Below are positions 19,321 through 29,660 of a stretch of 64,000 nt of DNA, in pieces. The DNA lies in contig OZ242260.1 of the NCBI GenBank assembly GCA_965207065.1, forward strand, positions 4,412,867-4,476,866. The letters are read 5' to 3'. The translations under genes were made by a program, and so were the position numbers. The notes under the pieces are model-generated. The model saw only the letters and a list, made by a program, of their open reading frames with translations, had not been told where the DNA came from and made no database searches. The stretch comes from a bacterium (GTDB lineage Bacteria; UBA8248). Within the stretch, counting starts at the first letter, position 1. Every line of letters starts with the position of its first letter.

Positions 19321-19632
19321 CCGGGAAATCCGGAACGCGGGCCGCAAGGCAGGCGCTCTCCGGTTGACGAGACAACATGAACCCAGGATTGAAGGCCCAA
19401 AAATATGAGGAAAGGAGGTTAATCGGAGAAAGCCGGCATATACACGTAAAATTTCTCCCCTCGCCAGTCACCCCACCGAACGCGCTCTGATACGATAAAC
19501 AACTGATTTAATTCACCTTTAATTCAATCGGCATATATTCCTGCGCTTGCAACCTCGTCAGGCGTGTGCTCCAATACGCTCCTGTTTGATGCCGCGTGTT
19601 TGCGATTTGATTACGGTTTCAGGGGAGGATCC

Positions 19633-20814
19633 ATGCCGAAAAGAAGCGGGAGCAGGCTCACGAAGCGCGCCGTCGACGCGCTCTGTGTCGAGGGGAAGGA
19701 CGCGGTCTTCTGGGACAGGGAACTGGCCGGTTTCGGGGTGCGCGTCTACCCCACGGGGCGGAAGGTCTACGTGGTGCAATCGAGGGGGCCGCGCGGGCCG
19801 AAGCGCAAGGCGCTGGGCCGTCACGGGGATATATCGTGCGACGAGGCGCGCAAGCTTGCCGCCGCCCTCATCGACCGCATCAAGCGGGGGGAGAACCCCG
19901 CACCCGGTGCGAAACTCACCGTGGCGGGGCTGGCGGAACGCTTCATGCGCGTCCACGTGTCGGCGCACTGCAAACCGCTCACCGCCGTTTCCTACGGCAG
20001 CACGCTGGAGAAGCACGTCCTGCCGTCATTTGGCGAGATGGGGGTCGGCGAGGTCACGGGAGGCGACGTCATGGCCATGCACCACCGCATGCGTGAGACG
20101 CCCAAGGCGGCCGACATAGCGGTCGACGTGCTCTCGAGAATGTATGTGCTGGCCGAGGCGTGGGAACTCATACCGCCCGGGAGCAATCCTTGCTCGGCAG
20201 TGCGCCGCTACCGGAGGCGCCCCCGCGAGCGGTTCCTGACGCCCGAGGAGTTCCGCCGCCTGGGCCGCGCGCTGCGCGAAGCGGAGGCGGAGGGCTCGGC
20301 CCGGCCGTCCACGATTGCGGCGCTCCGCCTCGTGATGCTGACCGGGTGCAGGAAGTGCGAGATTCTGGAACTCAACTGGGACGACGTGGATCTCACGGCG
20401 GGGGAGCTCAGGCTCAGGGACGCGAAGTCGGGGCCGCGCATGGTCCACCTGACGGCGCCCGCGCTCGTGGTGCTCGGTCAAGTCCCGCGCACGCCGGGGG
20501 AGGCCCGCGTGTTCCCCGGGCGGGAAGGGAGGAGCCACAAGCCCTACTTCGACCTGGTCTGGCGGCGGGTGCGGGCTCGCGCGGGACTCGAAGACGTAAG
20601 GGTCCACGACCTGAGACACTCCTACGCCAGCCGGGCGCTCGCGCTGGGCGAGGGGCTGCCCATGATAGCGAAGCTGCTCGGACACGCGGGGATATCGACG
20701 ACGGCGCGCTACGCGCACCTGATGCGCGAGGCGGAGAAGACGGCGGCCGCCCGGGTTGGGGAGAGTATCGGGGTCCATCTGGAGCCTCGGGCCACGGAAG
20801 CCCGGGCGGAATAA
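19633..20814 (+). CDS. Tyrosine recombinase/integrase with N-terminal arm-DNA-binding domain
   Basis: WDRELAGFGVRVYPTGRK N-domain; LTGCR, HDLRHSYAS, LLGH, TTARY catalytic motifs. Confidence 0.92.
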   Translation: MPKRSGSRLTKRAVDALCVEGKDAVFWDRELAGFGVRVYPTGRKVYVVQSRGPRGPKRKALGRHGDISCDEARKLAAALIDRIKRGENPAPGAKLTVAGLAERFMRVHVSAHCKPLTAVSYGSTLEKHVLPSFGEMGVGEVTGGDVMAMHHRMRETPKAADIAVDVLSRMYVLAEAWELIPPGSNPCSAVRRYRRRPRERFLTPEEFRRLGRALREAEAEGSARPSTIAALRLVMLTGCRKCEILELNWDDVDLTAGELRLRDAKSGPRMVHLTAPALVVLGQVPRTPGEARVFPGREGRSHKPYFDLVWRRVRARAGLEDVRVHDLRHSYASRALALGEGLPMIAKLLGHAGISTTARYAHLMREAEKTAAARVGESIGVHLEPRATEARAE

Positions 20815-20830
20815 CGGGGAGGCGCCGGAG

Positions 20831-22036
20831 ATGGCGAAGCTGCAGGGCGGGACGCTCTCGAACCGCATGGTGGAGAAGCTTGCCGCCGAAAAAGACTCGG
20901 TTTTCTGGGATCGCGACCTCACGGGCTTCGGCGTGCGTGTCTACCCCACGGGGAGCAAGGTCTACGTCGCCCAGGTCCGGGGGCCGAAGGGTCCCAGGCG
21001 CGTGACGGTGGGCCGGCACGGTGTGATCAACGCGGATGAGGCGAGGAAGCGCGCGGCCTCGGTCATCGCGCGGGTGAAGGCGGGCGAGGAAGTAGCGTCC
21101 GGACCGGCGAAGCCCGCGGGAGGCCCCACGGTGGCCGATCTCGCGCGGCGCTACATGGAAGAGCACGTGGCGGTCCGGTGCAAGCCGAGCACCGGGGACC
21201 TCGCCCGCGCGGTGGTATGCAAGCACATCCTGCCGGCCCTGGGCAGGGCGCCGCTTGCGGCGCTCGAGCGCGCGCAGGTGGCGGAGTTGCACCAGCGGCT
21301 GGGCAGGACGCCCTACATGGCGAACATGGTGGTCCGCACCCTGAAGCTGATGTACAGGCTGGGCGAGGGCTGGGGCATGGTCCCCAAGGGATGCAACCCG
21401 TGCCGCGCCATCGTGAAGTATCCCGACCGCAAGCGCGAACGCTTCCTGACCGATAAGGAGTACACCCGCCTGGGGCGCGTCCTGGAGGAGGCCCGAAACA
21501 GGCGCGGTTCGGCGGGAGCGGTGGCGGCCATCCGCCTTTTGATGCTGACCGGGTGCCGGAAGAATGAGATACTCTCGCTCCGCTGGGAGAACGTCTCGCT
21601 CGAGGCGCGTGAATTCAGGCTGCCCGGCGCCAAGACGGGCGCGCGGGTGGTGTCCTTATCGCCGCCGGCGCTCAAGCTCCTCTCCGCCCTGCCCCGGGCG
21701 CCCGGGAGCCCGTGGGTGTTTCCCGCCAGGAACCCCGGCGAGCACGTCCGCTCCGTCCACCATGTCTGGAAGAGCGTCTGCTCGCGCGCCGGTATCGAGA
21801 ACGTGCGGGTCCACGACCTCAGGCACTCCTACGCCTCGCGCGCCCTGGCCCTGGGCGAGAGTCTCACGATGATCGGAAAACTCCTGGGGCACAGCCAGAT
21901 CAAGACCACGGCGCGCTACGCGCACCTCGCGCGCGAGTCGGTGCGCGAGTCCGCCGAGCGCGTCGCAACCAGTATTGCCGACGACGTATTGGAGGAGGAC
22001 TGGAGGCGGGCTCTCGGTTCAGAACACGTCCCGTAG
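20831..22036 (+). CDS. Second tyrosine recombinase/integrase, paralog of the upstream gene
   Basis: WDRDLTGFGVRVYPTGSK; LTGCR, HDLRHSYAS, LLGH, TTARY. Confidence 0.92.
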   Translation: MAKLQGGTLSNRMVEKLAAEKDSVFWDRDLTGFGVRVYPTGSKVYVAQVRGPKGPRRVTVGRHGVINADEARKRAASVIARVKAGEEVASGPAKPAGGPTVADLARRYMEEHVAVRCKPSTGDLARAVVCKHILPALGRAPLAALERAQVAELHQRLGRTPYMANMVVRTLKLMYRLGEGWGMVPKGCNPCRAIVKYPDRKRERFLTDKEYTRLGRVLEEARNRRGSAGAVAAIRLLMLTGCRKNEILSLRWENVSLEAREFRLPGAKTGARVVSLSPPALKLLSALPRAPGSPWVFPARNPGEHVRSVHHVWKSVCSRAGIENVRVHDLRHSYASRALALGESLTMIGKLLGHSQIKTTARYAHLARESVRESAERVATSIADDVLEEDWRRALGSEHVP

Positions 22037-22176
22037 CGGCGCGAGCCGCGACAGGCCGTGTAGTCCGTGCGCCGGCGCAGGTCTCATCGTAACGGCGCGC
22101 AACCATATGCGCTTGCGCTTTATCCGGGCCTTGCTCTCTGCCGACGGCCGGCGACGAACAGTGCCCCGCGTCGGCG

Positions 22177-22503
22177 TCAATCGCTGGCGTCGTGCCCGGC
22201 GATGCCCGCGAGCTCGACCGGAGGGCGGTCGGGGAAGCGGGCGACGAGCGAGAGGCTTCCGCCCATCGCCTCGACCGTCCGGCGCAGCGTGGACAGCAGC
22301 AGGTCGCTGCGCTGCTCGAGCCGAGAAACCGCGTCCTGGCCGATGCCGAGCTCGCGCGCAACGCTCACCTGGGTTAGCCTGCGGGCCTCGCGCAACTCGC
22401 GCAGCGTCATCTCCTCGGCGATCAGTTCCGCCGCCCGCTCCTCGATCCTGCGCCGCCGCTCGGGGGCGAGACTTGCGATTACCTCTTCCACGTCGAGCGC
22501 CAT
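22177..22503 (-). CDS. XRE/HTH antitoxin (HigA-like)
   Basis: TLRELREARRLTQVSVARELGIGQDAVSRLEQRSDLLLSTL. Confidence 0.85.
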   Translation of the reverse strand: MALDVEEVIASLAPERRRRIEERAAELIAEEMTLRELREARRLTQVSVARELGIGQDAVSRLEQRSDLLLSTLRRTVEAMGGSLSLVARFPDRPPVELAGIAGHDASD

Positions 22504-22821
22504 TACGATTCTCCTCTTCTTTCCTCGGCGAGCCGGGCGAGGTGCCGGTCGTATCGTTCGTCGGCCTTGCGGGTAAGCGCGCGGTAGAACCGCCGCCGGC
22601 TCCTGCCCGTCTTCTCGCCCGCAACCAGCACAACGGCCTGACGTGCGGGATTGAACGCGAAGGCGACCCGCCATGCTCCGTCCACTGCGCTGAACCGCAT
22701 CTCCTTCATGTTCGCATGCCGCGATCCGTGCAGCGTATCCACCTGCGGCCTTCCCAGTTGCGGCCCGAACTGCTCGAGCAAGCGACCGATTGCGTAGACC
22801 TCATCCTGAACCTGGCCGGGC
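22503..22821 (-). pseudogene. RelE/ParE (Gp49-like) toxin, 5'-truncated
   Basis: Matches the copy at 31099-31464 only up to 22821; the N-terminal ~18 codons are replaced by unrelated sequence. Confidence 0.75.
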
Positions 22822-23117
22822 GGGAAGGAGGCGACGACAGGCGTCCGGGAGAAGCGGCACTTTCCTTCGCGGTCAGGGCCGACAACCGCCATCGTCCATC
22901 CCTTCCAAGGAAGCACGCGATCCGGCGCAGGAGGCGGACGACTGCTCGGAGATGCGGCGAAAAAATATTTTCCGCGGCGCGTCACACCCGGCACGGAACG
23001 CCGCAGGACCCGGGCGGTCGTTCATCACGCACGTCTCTTAAATCGCGCCTCGCACCGACGAGGTGCCGGGCCGGGAAGGGATCCGTCCTTCCCGATCGTG
23101 GCTCACTTCGCCCGCCC

Positions 23118-24146
23118 TCACGCCTTCCCGGAATGATCCGCCAGTCCGCGCAGCAGGGTTTTCCAGGAGACGGCGCCGACGACGGCTCCTGCCTCGTCCA
23201 CCACCCGCAGCGGCGCATCGCTATCGATACACTTGAGCAGCATGTCCTGAAGCACGGTGTCGCGCGATACGGTTGGCCCGTTCGCGTCGCCTTTCGGCGG
23301 CGTCATGATGGAGGCCGCCGTCACCACGCGGCCCCGCTTCACGTCGCGCACGAACTCGCGCACGTATTCGGTGGCCGGGTTGAGCAGAATCTCCTCCGGC
23401 CCTCCTATCTGGTCGATCACGCCGTCCTTCAGGATGGCGACGTCATCGCCCAGCTTGAGCGCTTCGTCCAGATCATGAGTGATGAAGACGATGGTCTTCT
23501 TGAGGTCGCGCTGGAGCGCGATGAGGTGTTCCTGCATCTGCTTGCGGATCAGCGGATCCAGGGCGCTGAATGGCTCGTCCATGAGGAGAATCTCGGGGTC
23601 CGTGCACAGCGCGCGCGACAGACCCACGCGCTGCTGCATGCCGCCCGATAGCTGGGCCGGGTAGGCGTTTTCATAGCCGATGAGGCCCACGTCCTCTATC
23701 CACCGCATCGCGCGCCGGCGCCGCTCGGCAGGTTCCACCCCCTGGACTTCCAGGCCGTAGCCCACGTTCTCAATGACCGTCAAGTGCGGAAAGAGCGCGA
23801 AACGCTGAAAGACCATGCTCACGGCGCCCCGCCGGAAGGCGAGCAACTCCTCGGTCGAGAATTCGAGAACGTCCCGCCCGTCGACGAGTATCTGGCCCGT
23901 CGTCGGGTCGATCAGCCGGTTGATGTGGCGGATCAGGGTAGATTTTCCCGAACCCGAAAGGCCCATGACCACGAATATCTCGCCGCGCTCGACGGAGAGG
24001 CTCACGTCCTTTAAGCCCAGGGTGCAGCCGGTCTCGACCAGCACGTCGTTCTTCTCGACTCCCGTTTGGGCCATTTCGAGCGCCGTGTCCAGCGCGCGTC
24101 CCGTTCCGAATATCTTGTAGACGTTTCGCACCTCGATCAGCGCCAT
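23118..24146 (-). CDS. proV: Glycine betaine/L-proline ABC transporter ATP-binding protein
   Basis: GLSGSGKSTL, LSGGMQQRVGL, LLMDEPFSALDPLIR, FITHDLDEA. Confidence 0.88.
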   Translation of the reverse strand: MALIEVRNVYKIFGTGRALDTALEMAQTGVEKNDVLVETGCTLGLKDVSLSVERGEIFVVMGLSGSGKSTLIRHINRLIDPTTGQILVDGRDVLEFSTEELLAFRRGAVSMVFQRFALFPHLTVIENVGYGLEVQGVEPAERRRRAMRWIEDVGLIGYENAYPAQLSGGMQQRVGLSRALCTDPEILLMDEPFSALDPLIRKQMQEHLIALQRDLKKTIVFITHDLDEALKLGDDVAILKDGVIDQIGGPEEILLNPATEYVREFVRDVKRGRVVTAASIMTPPKGDANGPTVSRDTVLQDMLLKCIDSDAPLRVVDEAGAVVGAVSWKTLLRGLADHSGKA

Positions 24147-24150
24147 CGGC

Positions 24151-25059
24151 TCAGCCCCTCCCGTCCATGCGGATGAAGCGCCCGCCGTAGGCCTGTGTGA
24201 CGCGGTCCATGACGATGGCGAGCAGCACGATGGCCACGCCGGCCTCGAGCGCGCGGCCGACGTTGAGCTGCTGGAGGCCGATGAGCACCTCGGTGCCAAG
24301 CCCCCGCGTTCCGATCATTGAGGCGATCACCACCATCGCGAGCGCCATCATCGTCGTCTGGTTGACCCCCTGCATGATGTTGGGCAGCGCCATCGGTATC
24401 TGCACGCGAAGGAGCTTCTGCCTCTTGCTCGCGCCCATGGCGTCGGAAGCTTCGACGATGTCCTCATCCACCAGGCGGATGCCCAGGTCGGTCAGGCGTA
24501 TCACCGGCGGGATGGCGTAGATCACCGTGGCGAAGACGGCGGGCACCGCGCCCAGGCCGAAGAGCATGATCGCCGGAATGAGATAGACGAAGCTCGGCAT
24601 GGTCTGCATCAGGTCGAGTGCGGGCAGCACCATGTCGCGCATCCGGTCGTTTCTCGATATCGCGATGCCGACCGGAACGCCAACTCCGATGCAGATGAGG
24701 GTGGAGACAAGCATCACCGAAAGGGTCATCATCGACAAGTCCCAGAGCCTGGGATCGGTGAGACCGATGAAGAACATGCAGGCGGCCACGAGCGCGGTCA
24801 GGCCCCATTTGCGCCCGCTGGAGAAGAAGGTGAGCGCGCCCACGCCGAGGAACACGACAACCCACGGGAGGTCGCGCAGGAAGCGCTCCAGGCCCACCAG
24901 CACCACGAGTATGGCGTCCGAGGCGGTCTCGAAGATGACCCCGTACTCGGTGACCAGCCACTCCACGAAATCGTTGGTCCACTTGTTGAGCGGCAGGTTG
25001 AGATTCTTTGGCCACTCGACCGCCCACTCCGGGAACAGTCCGCGGATTAAGTTCATCAT
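24151..25059 (-). CDS. proW: Glycine betaine/L-proline ABC transporter permease
   Basis: LDLMQTMPSFVYLIP, PPVIRLTDLGI, GVNQTTMMALAMVV. Confidence 0.88.
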   Translation of the reverse strand: MMNLIRGLFPEWAVEWPKNLNLPLNKWTNDFVEWLVTEYGVIFETASDAILVVLVGLERFLRDLPWVVVFLGVGALTFFSSGRKWGLTALVAACMFFIGLTDPRLWDLSMMTLSVMLVSTLICIGVGVPVGIAISRNDRMRDMVLPALDLMQTMPSFVYLIPAIMLFGLGAVPAVFATVIYAIPPVIRLTDLGIRLVDEDIVEASDAMGASKRQKLLRVQIPMALPNIMQGVNQTTMMALAMVVIASMIGTRGLGTEVLIGLQQLNVGRALEAGVAIVLLAIVMDRVTQAYGGRFIRMDGRG

Positions 25060-25120
25060 GGGCGGACCTCCCCGGGATTTAACGCTGCTTCACGAGTGAA
25101 AAGCATCGCGCGGGCGCGGC

Positions 25121-26158
25121 TTACGCAGATTTGAGCGCCTCCTCGATCTTTTTCGCGACGTCGGCCGGAACCCACTTCTTCCAGACCTTGTTGGTCTTCA
25201 GGAAATGGATAGCGGTGGTTTTGGCGTCGCCGCCGGCCTTGGTCTCGAGATAGGCCAGCATCTTTGAGACCTCTTTCGACGGGAGCGTGTATTTCTCGAT
25301 GAAGGCGACGATCTCGGGATGCTTGGCCGCGAACTTTGTCGTGACCGATTTCGGCAGTTCCGCCGTCCGGTAGGCTGTCGCTTTCTTCGGGTTCCCCAAA
25401 GCCTCCATTCCGCCCTTCTTGAGCGCGTCCATGTGTTTCACTACAACGTTCCAGTCGGCCTCGTTCCATGCAGGCTCTTCGAGCTGGACGAGATCGAGTT
25501 GTCCCAGGAGCGGCGTCGGCGCCCAGTAATAGGCGAGTACGGGTTTTTTCTTGAGATACGCGCCCTTGATGGCCGCCGCGAGCGCGCCGCCCGAGCCGGG
25601 CCGGAAATTGGTGAAGTGTTTTTCCAGCCCGTAGGCGCGCAGCTTCACCGTGTTGATGACCTCGCAGGACCAGCCTGGGATGCAGTTCACGAACCGGCCT
25701 TTGGAGGGTTCTTCGGGGTCCTTGAAGAGATGCTTGTATTTGGGCAGGTCGAAGACCGACTTGAGACCCGGATTCGCCTTCTGGACGAAGCGCGGGATGA
25801 ACCAGCCCTGTATGCTGTCGGGCGTGTTGACCCCTACTTGTTTGACCTTGCCGCTCTTCATGGCGGGGTCATACTGCGCCTTCACGTTGTCGTACCAAAG
25901 CTCCATGACAATGTCGTTCTTGCCCTCGTAGTGGGCCGTCATGATCGGCAGCGTGCCGCCGTAGATGAGCCGCACCCGGCAGCCGTAGCCGTGCTCCAGG
26001 ATGAACGCGGTCACCTGATCGTGAAAGTTGGCGCTGTCCCAGTTCAGGTCGCCGATGCGGACACTGCAGGCGGCATCGGCCTTGCCGGGGAGGGATACGA
26101 GCGCTGACGCCCCGATAGCGAGAGTCAAAACGAAGATAAGCAATACTCTGGATTTCAT
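25121..26158 (-). CDS. proX: Glycine betaine ABC transporter substrate-binding protein
   Basis: Signal peptide, LNWDSA, HGYGC, CIPGWSC, YYWAPT. Confidence 0.85.
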   Translation of the reverse strand: MKSRVLLIFVLTLAIGASALVSLPGKADAACSVRIGDLNWDSANFHDQVTAFILEHGYGCRVRLIYGGTLPIMTAHYEGKNDIVMELWYDNVKAQYDPAMKSGKVKQVGVNTPDSIQGWFIPRFVQKANPGLKSVFDLPKYKHLFKDPEEPSKGRFVNCIPGWSCEVINTVKLRAYGLEKHFTNFRPGSGGALAAAIKGAYLKKKPVLAYYWAPTPLLGQLDLVQLEEPAWNEADWNVVVKHMDALKKGGMEALGNPKKATAYRTAELPKSVTTKFAAKHPEIVAFIEKYTLPSKEVSKMLAYLETKAGGDAKTTAIHFLKTNKVWKKWVPADVAKKIEEALKSA

Positions 26159-26527
26159 GGTTGGCCCCCTGTTCTCGTTGTGTAAGCCGGTCGATTCGAA
26201 GAAAAAATGGAGCCTTCGCGCAAGAGAAAGTCCAACCCCTCTCCCAAGGCCCCTGCGAGTTCGCTGCGGACTGAACATGCGGCGACTCTCAAGCCGCCGT
26301 GTCTGGTTTTTGTGCCGCATGAAATTCCAGGGCGAACCGACGGGAAATCGCAAACCCAAATCCCTCCCGGACATTCGCGGGCGCGTTCCTCACCATGACG
26401 GGAGATGCGTGGATTCACCGAAAGCAACTCTCCCGGACGGGAGACGACCACGCTGCCGTCGCACGCAGTGATGATAGCAAGCAACCGGGGATGCCGGTAG
26501 CGGCAGCCCACAAGCCATATAAAAAAA

Positions 26528-27844
26528 CTAGAAGCTGTACTGCAGCCCCAACTGCAGGCGCGCCGCGTCACCCTCTCTGCCGTCGTTCGTCTCGCGTCGG
26601 CCATGGATGAATTCCACGCCTACCCTCGTCTTGGGCGCAGGTGACCACCAGACGTTGGCGTGCACCGTCTGGAGCGATTGGCTGAGGTCCGGGAACGCCG
26701 CCCTGGCCGGGTCCTCATAATCGTTCTCCACCCAGCCGTAATATAAACTCGAACTCACCGAACCGCTCCAGTTGTGCGTGATGCCCACGAACCCGCCCGT
26801 CGAATCCAGCGCCTCCAGTTCGTTATTCGCACCCAGGACGGCGGCGGCGGGTACTCCGAGCATGTAGTTCCCCAAACCGCCCTGGCCCACGTTGAACGTG
26901 CCCCACAGGCGGGTGTCCCTGCCCAGACCGACGTTTGCGCCGAGGTGAAGTGCGGAGATGGTCAGGCTCTCCTCAACCGCCCCTTCTTCGTAGAGTACCT
27001 GTCCGATGAGGCCCGATACGTTAACGGCGCCCCAGGCCGTCTTCAGGCGCAGGGCCGCAAGCAGGTTCGGCATCCGGTCCTCGGACGAGGCATTGCCGCC
27101 TGCTTTCAGAATGGTCGGGCTGCCGGGGTCATCGAGCGCAACCTGGGCGGTGAGGTTCTTTCCCATGGCCTGGGTGTAGCGCAACTGGGCCAGGCGGCTC
27201 GTAACGACGCCGACAGGACCTTCGAAGTCCACCGTGTCGGCATAGGTATTCTCGTCCTGCAGGATCGTCCAGGTCTGGCCGGCGAGCACCCCGCCCAAAG
27301 TGGCGTAGGCGTGGCGAAGTCTCAAAGGTGCGCCGGAATTGTAATAAAAATCTGTTTCGATCCTGGTCTTGAGCCCGCCCATCTTCGTCGGCGTCAGGCT
27401 GTCGAAGCGAAGGCGCGTCTGCCGGGCGTGCAGGGAGGTTTTTTGTCGTCTGGCATCGCCATCCAGAGGAATGCCGCTCGCACCGCCCCCGTAATCATAG
27501 CCGAAAAAGGAATCGCCCAGATCCTTGTCGAAATCATAGATCGCATCGAGCTTCACGTAGCCGCTGAACGAAACGGAAGTGTTCGACCCCGGCATCTTCC
27601 ACGAACCCGGAAAATCGCCCGTGGCCACGGCTTTTTTCCGGACGGCCTCCTGTGCGGTCTTCATATCGGCCTTCATCTTCTTCTCTCGGGCTTCCAGGGC
27701 TTCGAGCCGTTCCATGAGCGCCTTGATCTGCGTCTTGAGGTCGTCCATCTCTCCACCGGCGGCAGGCGCGGCGAACAACGCCAAAGCCATGACGAACCCA
27801 AGTACCCCTGTTCCCAGTCGGTATTTCCGCTCTCTGTTCATCAT
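26528..27844 (-). CDS. DcaP-family trimeric outer-membrane porin
   Basis: Signal peptide, N-terminal coiled coil, GDFPGSW...GYVKLDAIYD, RLRHAY, LAGQTW, C-terminal YSF. Confidence 0.8.
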   Translation of the reverse strand: MMNRERKYRLGTGVLGFVMALALFAAPAAGGEMDDLKTQIKALMERLEALEAREKKMKADMKTAQEAVRKKAVATGDFPGSWKMPGSNTSVSFSGYVKLDAIYDFDKDLGDSFFGYDYGGGASGIPLDGDARRQKTSLHARQTRLRFDSLTPTKMGGLKTRIETDFYYNSGAPLRLRHAYATLGGVLAGQTWTILQDENTYADTVDFEGPVGVVTSRLAQLRYTQAMGKNLTAQVALDDPGSPTILKAGGNASSEDRMPNLLAALRLKTAWGAVNVSGLIGQVLYEEGAVEESLTISALHLGANVGLGRDTRLWGTFNVGQGGLGNYMLGVPAAAVLGANNELEALDSTGGFVGITHNWSGSVSSSLYYGWVENDYEDPARAAFPDLSQSLQTVHANVWWSPAPKTRVGVEFIHGRRETNDGREGDAARLQLGLQYSF

Positions 27845-28157
27845 TATCTTCTCCCGGAAAGTTAGGCAGGGCGTGTAAGCGATACGTGGATGCCTGTGCC
27901 TTAAGTCAACAGAATATGCACATATTATATGCCCAAGATCGCTTTGTCTCGCACGTCAAACAACTTTGCGAACGGTTCGTGAACCCAGGGGGTTTTCCCT
28001 CGCTTTCCTGGTGGAAGGTTCTCCCCCACGGCCCGTAATCTCTTGTGTGATGCCGGTATTGCGCTCGCACACGGATCCATGGATACAACCTGCACCCCGA
28101 AACCCCCTGACAAGGCGGAGGGATGCGAAGCTTTTTCTCTCGACCCGGGGAGCCCCG

Positions 28158-29339
28158 TCAAGTCTTTCGGTATCCGTCGAATCGTTCCAGCAGTTCCCCC
28201 AGCGCGCTCAACGGGATCGCCTCCCCGTCCCGGCGGGATTGCCGCACCGCTCCTCCATAGACGACGGCCCGGCCTGTGATCCGGGGCAGCGCCTTCTCCA
28301 CCCGGCGAAAAGCATCGAACCACCCCGAAGCGAGCGTCGCGCCCGACTTTATCTCGATGGCGCCCACTCCGTCGCCGTTCTCGTAGAGAAGGTCGCACTC
28401 GAGCCCCCGGACGTCGCGGAAAAAAGACAGGTTCGAGCGGCGGCCACGGTTGAAGCGGTGCTTGAGTACCTCCGCCACGACGGCGTTCTCGAACAGCGCC
28501 CCTCGAAGTGGATGGGTGCCCAGTTGTCCGGCGTGTTCGACCCCGATGAGGTGGCTCGCCAGTCCGACGTCGTGGAAGTAGAGCTTGGGCGATTTCACCA
28601 GCCGCTTGCGGACATTCGCGAAAAATGGCGGAAGCAGGAACACGATATAGCTCGCCTCCAGGATCGTCAGCCAGTGGCGCGCCGTCGTGTGGGAGACGCC
28701 GGCATCAGCGCCCAGTGTCGAGAGATTGACAAGCCCCCCCACGCGCCCGGCGCACAGGCGGACGAACCGGCGGAAGCTCGAGAGGTTGCGAATCTCGCCG
28801 ATTCGGCGCACGTCTCGCTCCACGTAGGTTTCGAAATAATCGCCGAGCGCCTGGCGGGGTTCGAGGCCCTGGTCGTGAATCCGGGGATAGAAACCCGAGT
28901 AGAGGATATCGTCGACCTCTCCGCCCACGTCCGCACGGCTCCTTTCCGCGAGCGAGAACGGCAGGAGGCGGAGCAGAGCCGTTCGACCGGCTAGAGACTG
29001 GCCGACGGCGCCCGTGAGTTGGAACTGCCCACTGCCCGTCAATACGAACAGACCGTTCCTCCCCGCCTCGTCGGCCAGCACCTGGAGATAGGACAGGAGC
29101 GCGGGGACGCGCTGGACCTCGTCCAGGACGGCGCCATCGCCCAGACGGGCCAGAAACCCCCTGGGGTCGGTCTCGGCGAATTCACGCTCATCCGGAGCCT
29201 CGAGATTGACGTATGCAAGGTGCGGAAATGCCGCGCGGCAAAGCGTGGTCTTGCCGGACTGCCTTGGTCCCGTTACCGTGACGAACGGGTATTGTTCAAA
29301 CAATTCCTTCAGGCAGGCAGTGATCTCGCGCTCGATCAT
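28158..29339 (-). CDS. AAA+ ATPase (AAA_14 + DUF4143 type)
   Basis: TGPRQSGKTT, LDEVQR, LTGS, SLAGR, KSPKLYFHDVG, ECDL...IEIK. Confidence 0.88.
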   Translation of the reverse strand: MIEREITACLKELFEQYPFVTVTGPRQSGKTTLCRAAFPHLAYVNLEAPDEREFAETDPRGFLARLGDGAVLDEVQRVPALLSYLQVLADEAGRNGLFVLTGSGQFQLTGAVGQSLAGRTALLRLLPFSLAERSRADVGGEVDDILYSGFYPRIHDQGLEPRQALGDYFETYVERDVRRIGEIRNLSSFRRFVRLCAGRVGGLVNLSTLGADAGVSHTTARHWLTILEASYIVFLLPPFFANVRKRLVKSPKLYFHDVGLASHLIGVEHAGQLGTHPLRGALFENAVVAEVLKHRFNRGRRSNLSFFRDVRGLECDLLYENGDGVGAIEIKSGATLASGWFDAFRRVEKALPRITGRAVVYGGAVRQSRRDGEAIPLSALGELLERFDGYRKT

Positions 29340-29660
29340 ACGAACAGGATATCAAGCAGGTGTATTATTGCAAGTTGTACTTTCAGAATTGCAATTCAGC
29401 GTACGCCCTCAACGTCTGACGAGCAGGCATCGGGTGATACCGACCGAGATCACGAAAGGAAGGCTCTGAAATCTTCACGAATCAGTTCGTCGACCCACTG
29501 CTCAATCCGCAGCATAGCTTCAGGTTATGTAGCCGGCGCGGGCGTTGTTCACCAAGACTTCTCGCGCCCACTCGATCCCCGGAGAATCGACGCCGGCTCT
29601 CATATCCGCATGATGCGCGACCGGGGTCCGTAAAACCATCCACTCCCGCGCTTCCGCAGG

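Noticed and set aside
18700-19630. tRNA/tmRNA integration target upstream of the integrases
   Set aside because: No cloverleaf, T-loop GTTCGA or CCA end found on either strand.
21975-23651. Long shadow ORFs (21975-23651, 33701-35464, 17102-18379, 4319-5293, 10454-11716 and similar)
   Set aside because: Antisense or out-of-frame to well-supported genes in high-GC DNA, with no recognisable motifs.
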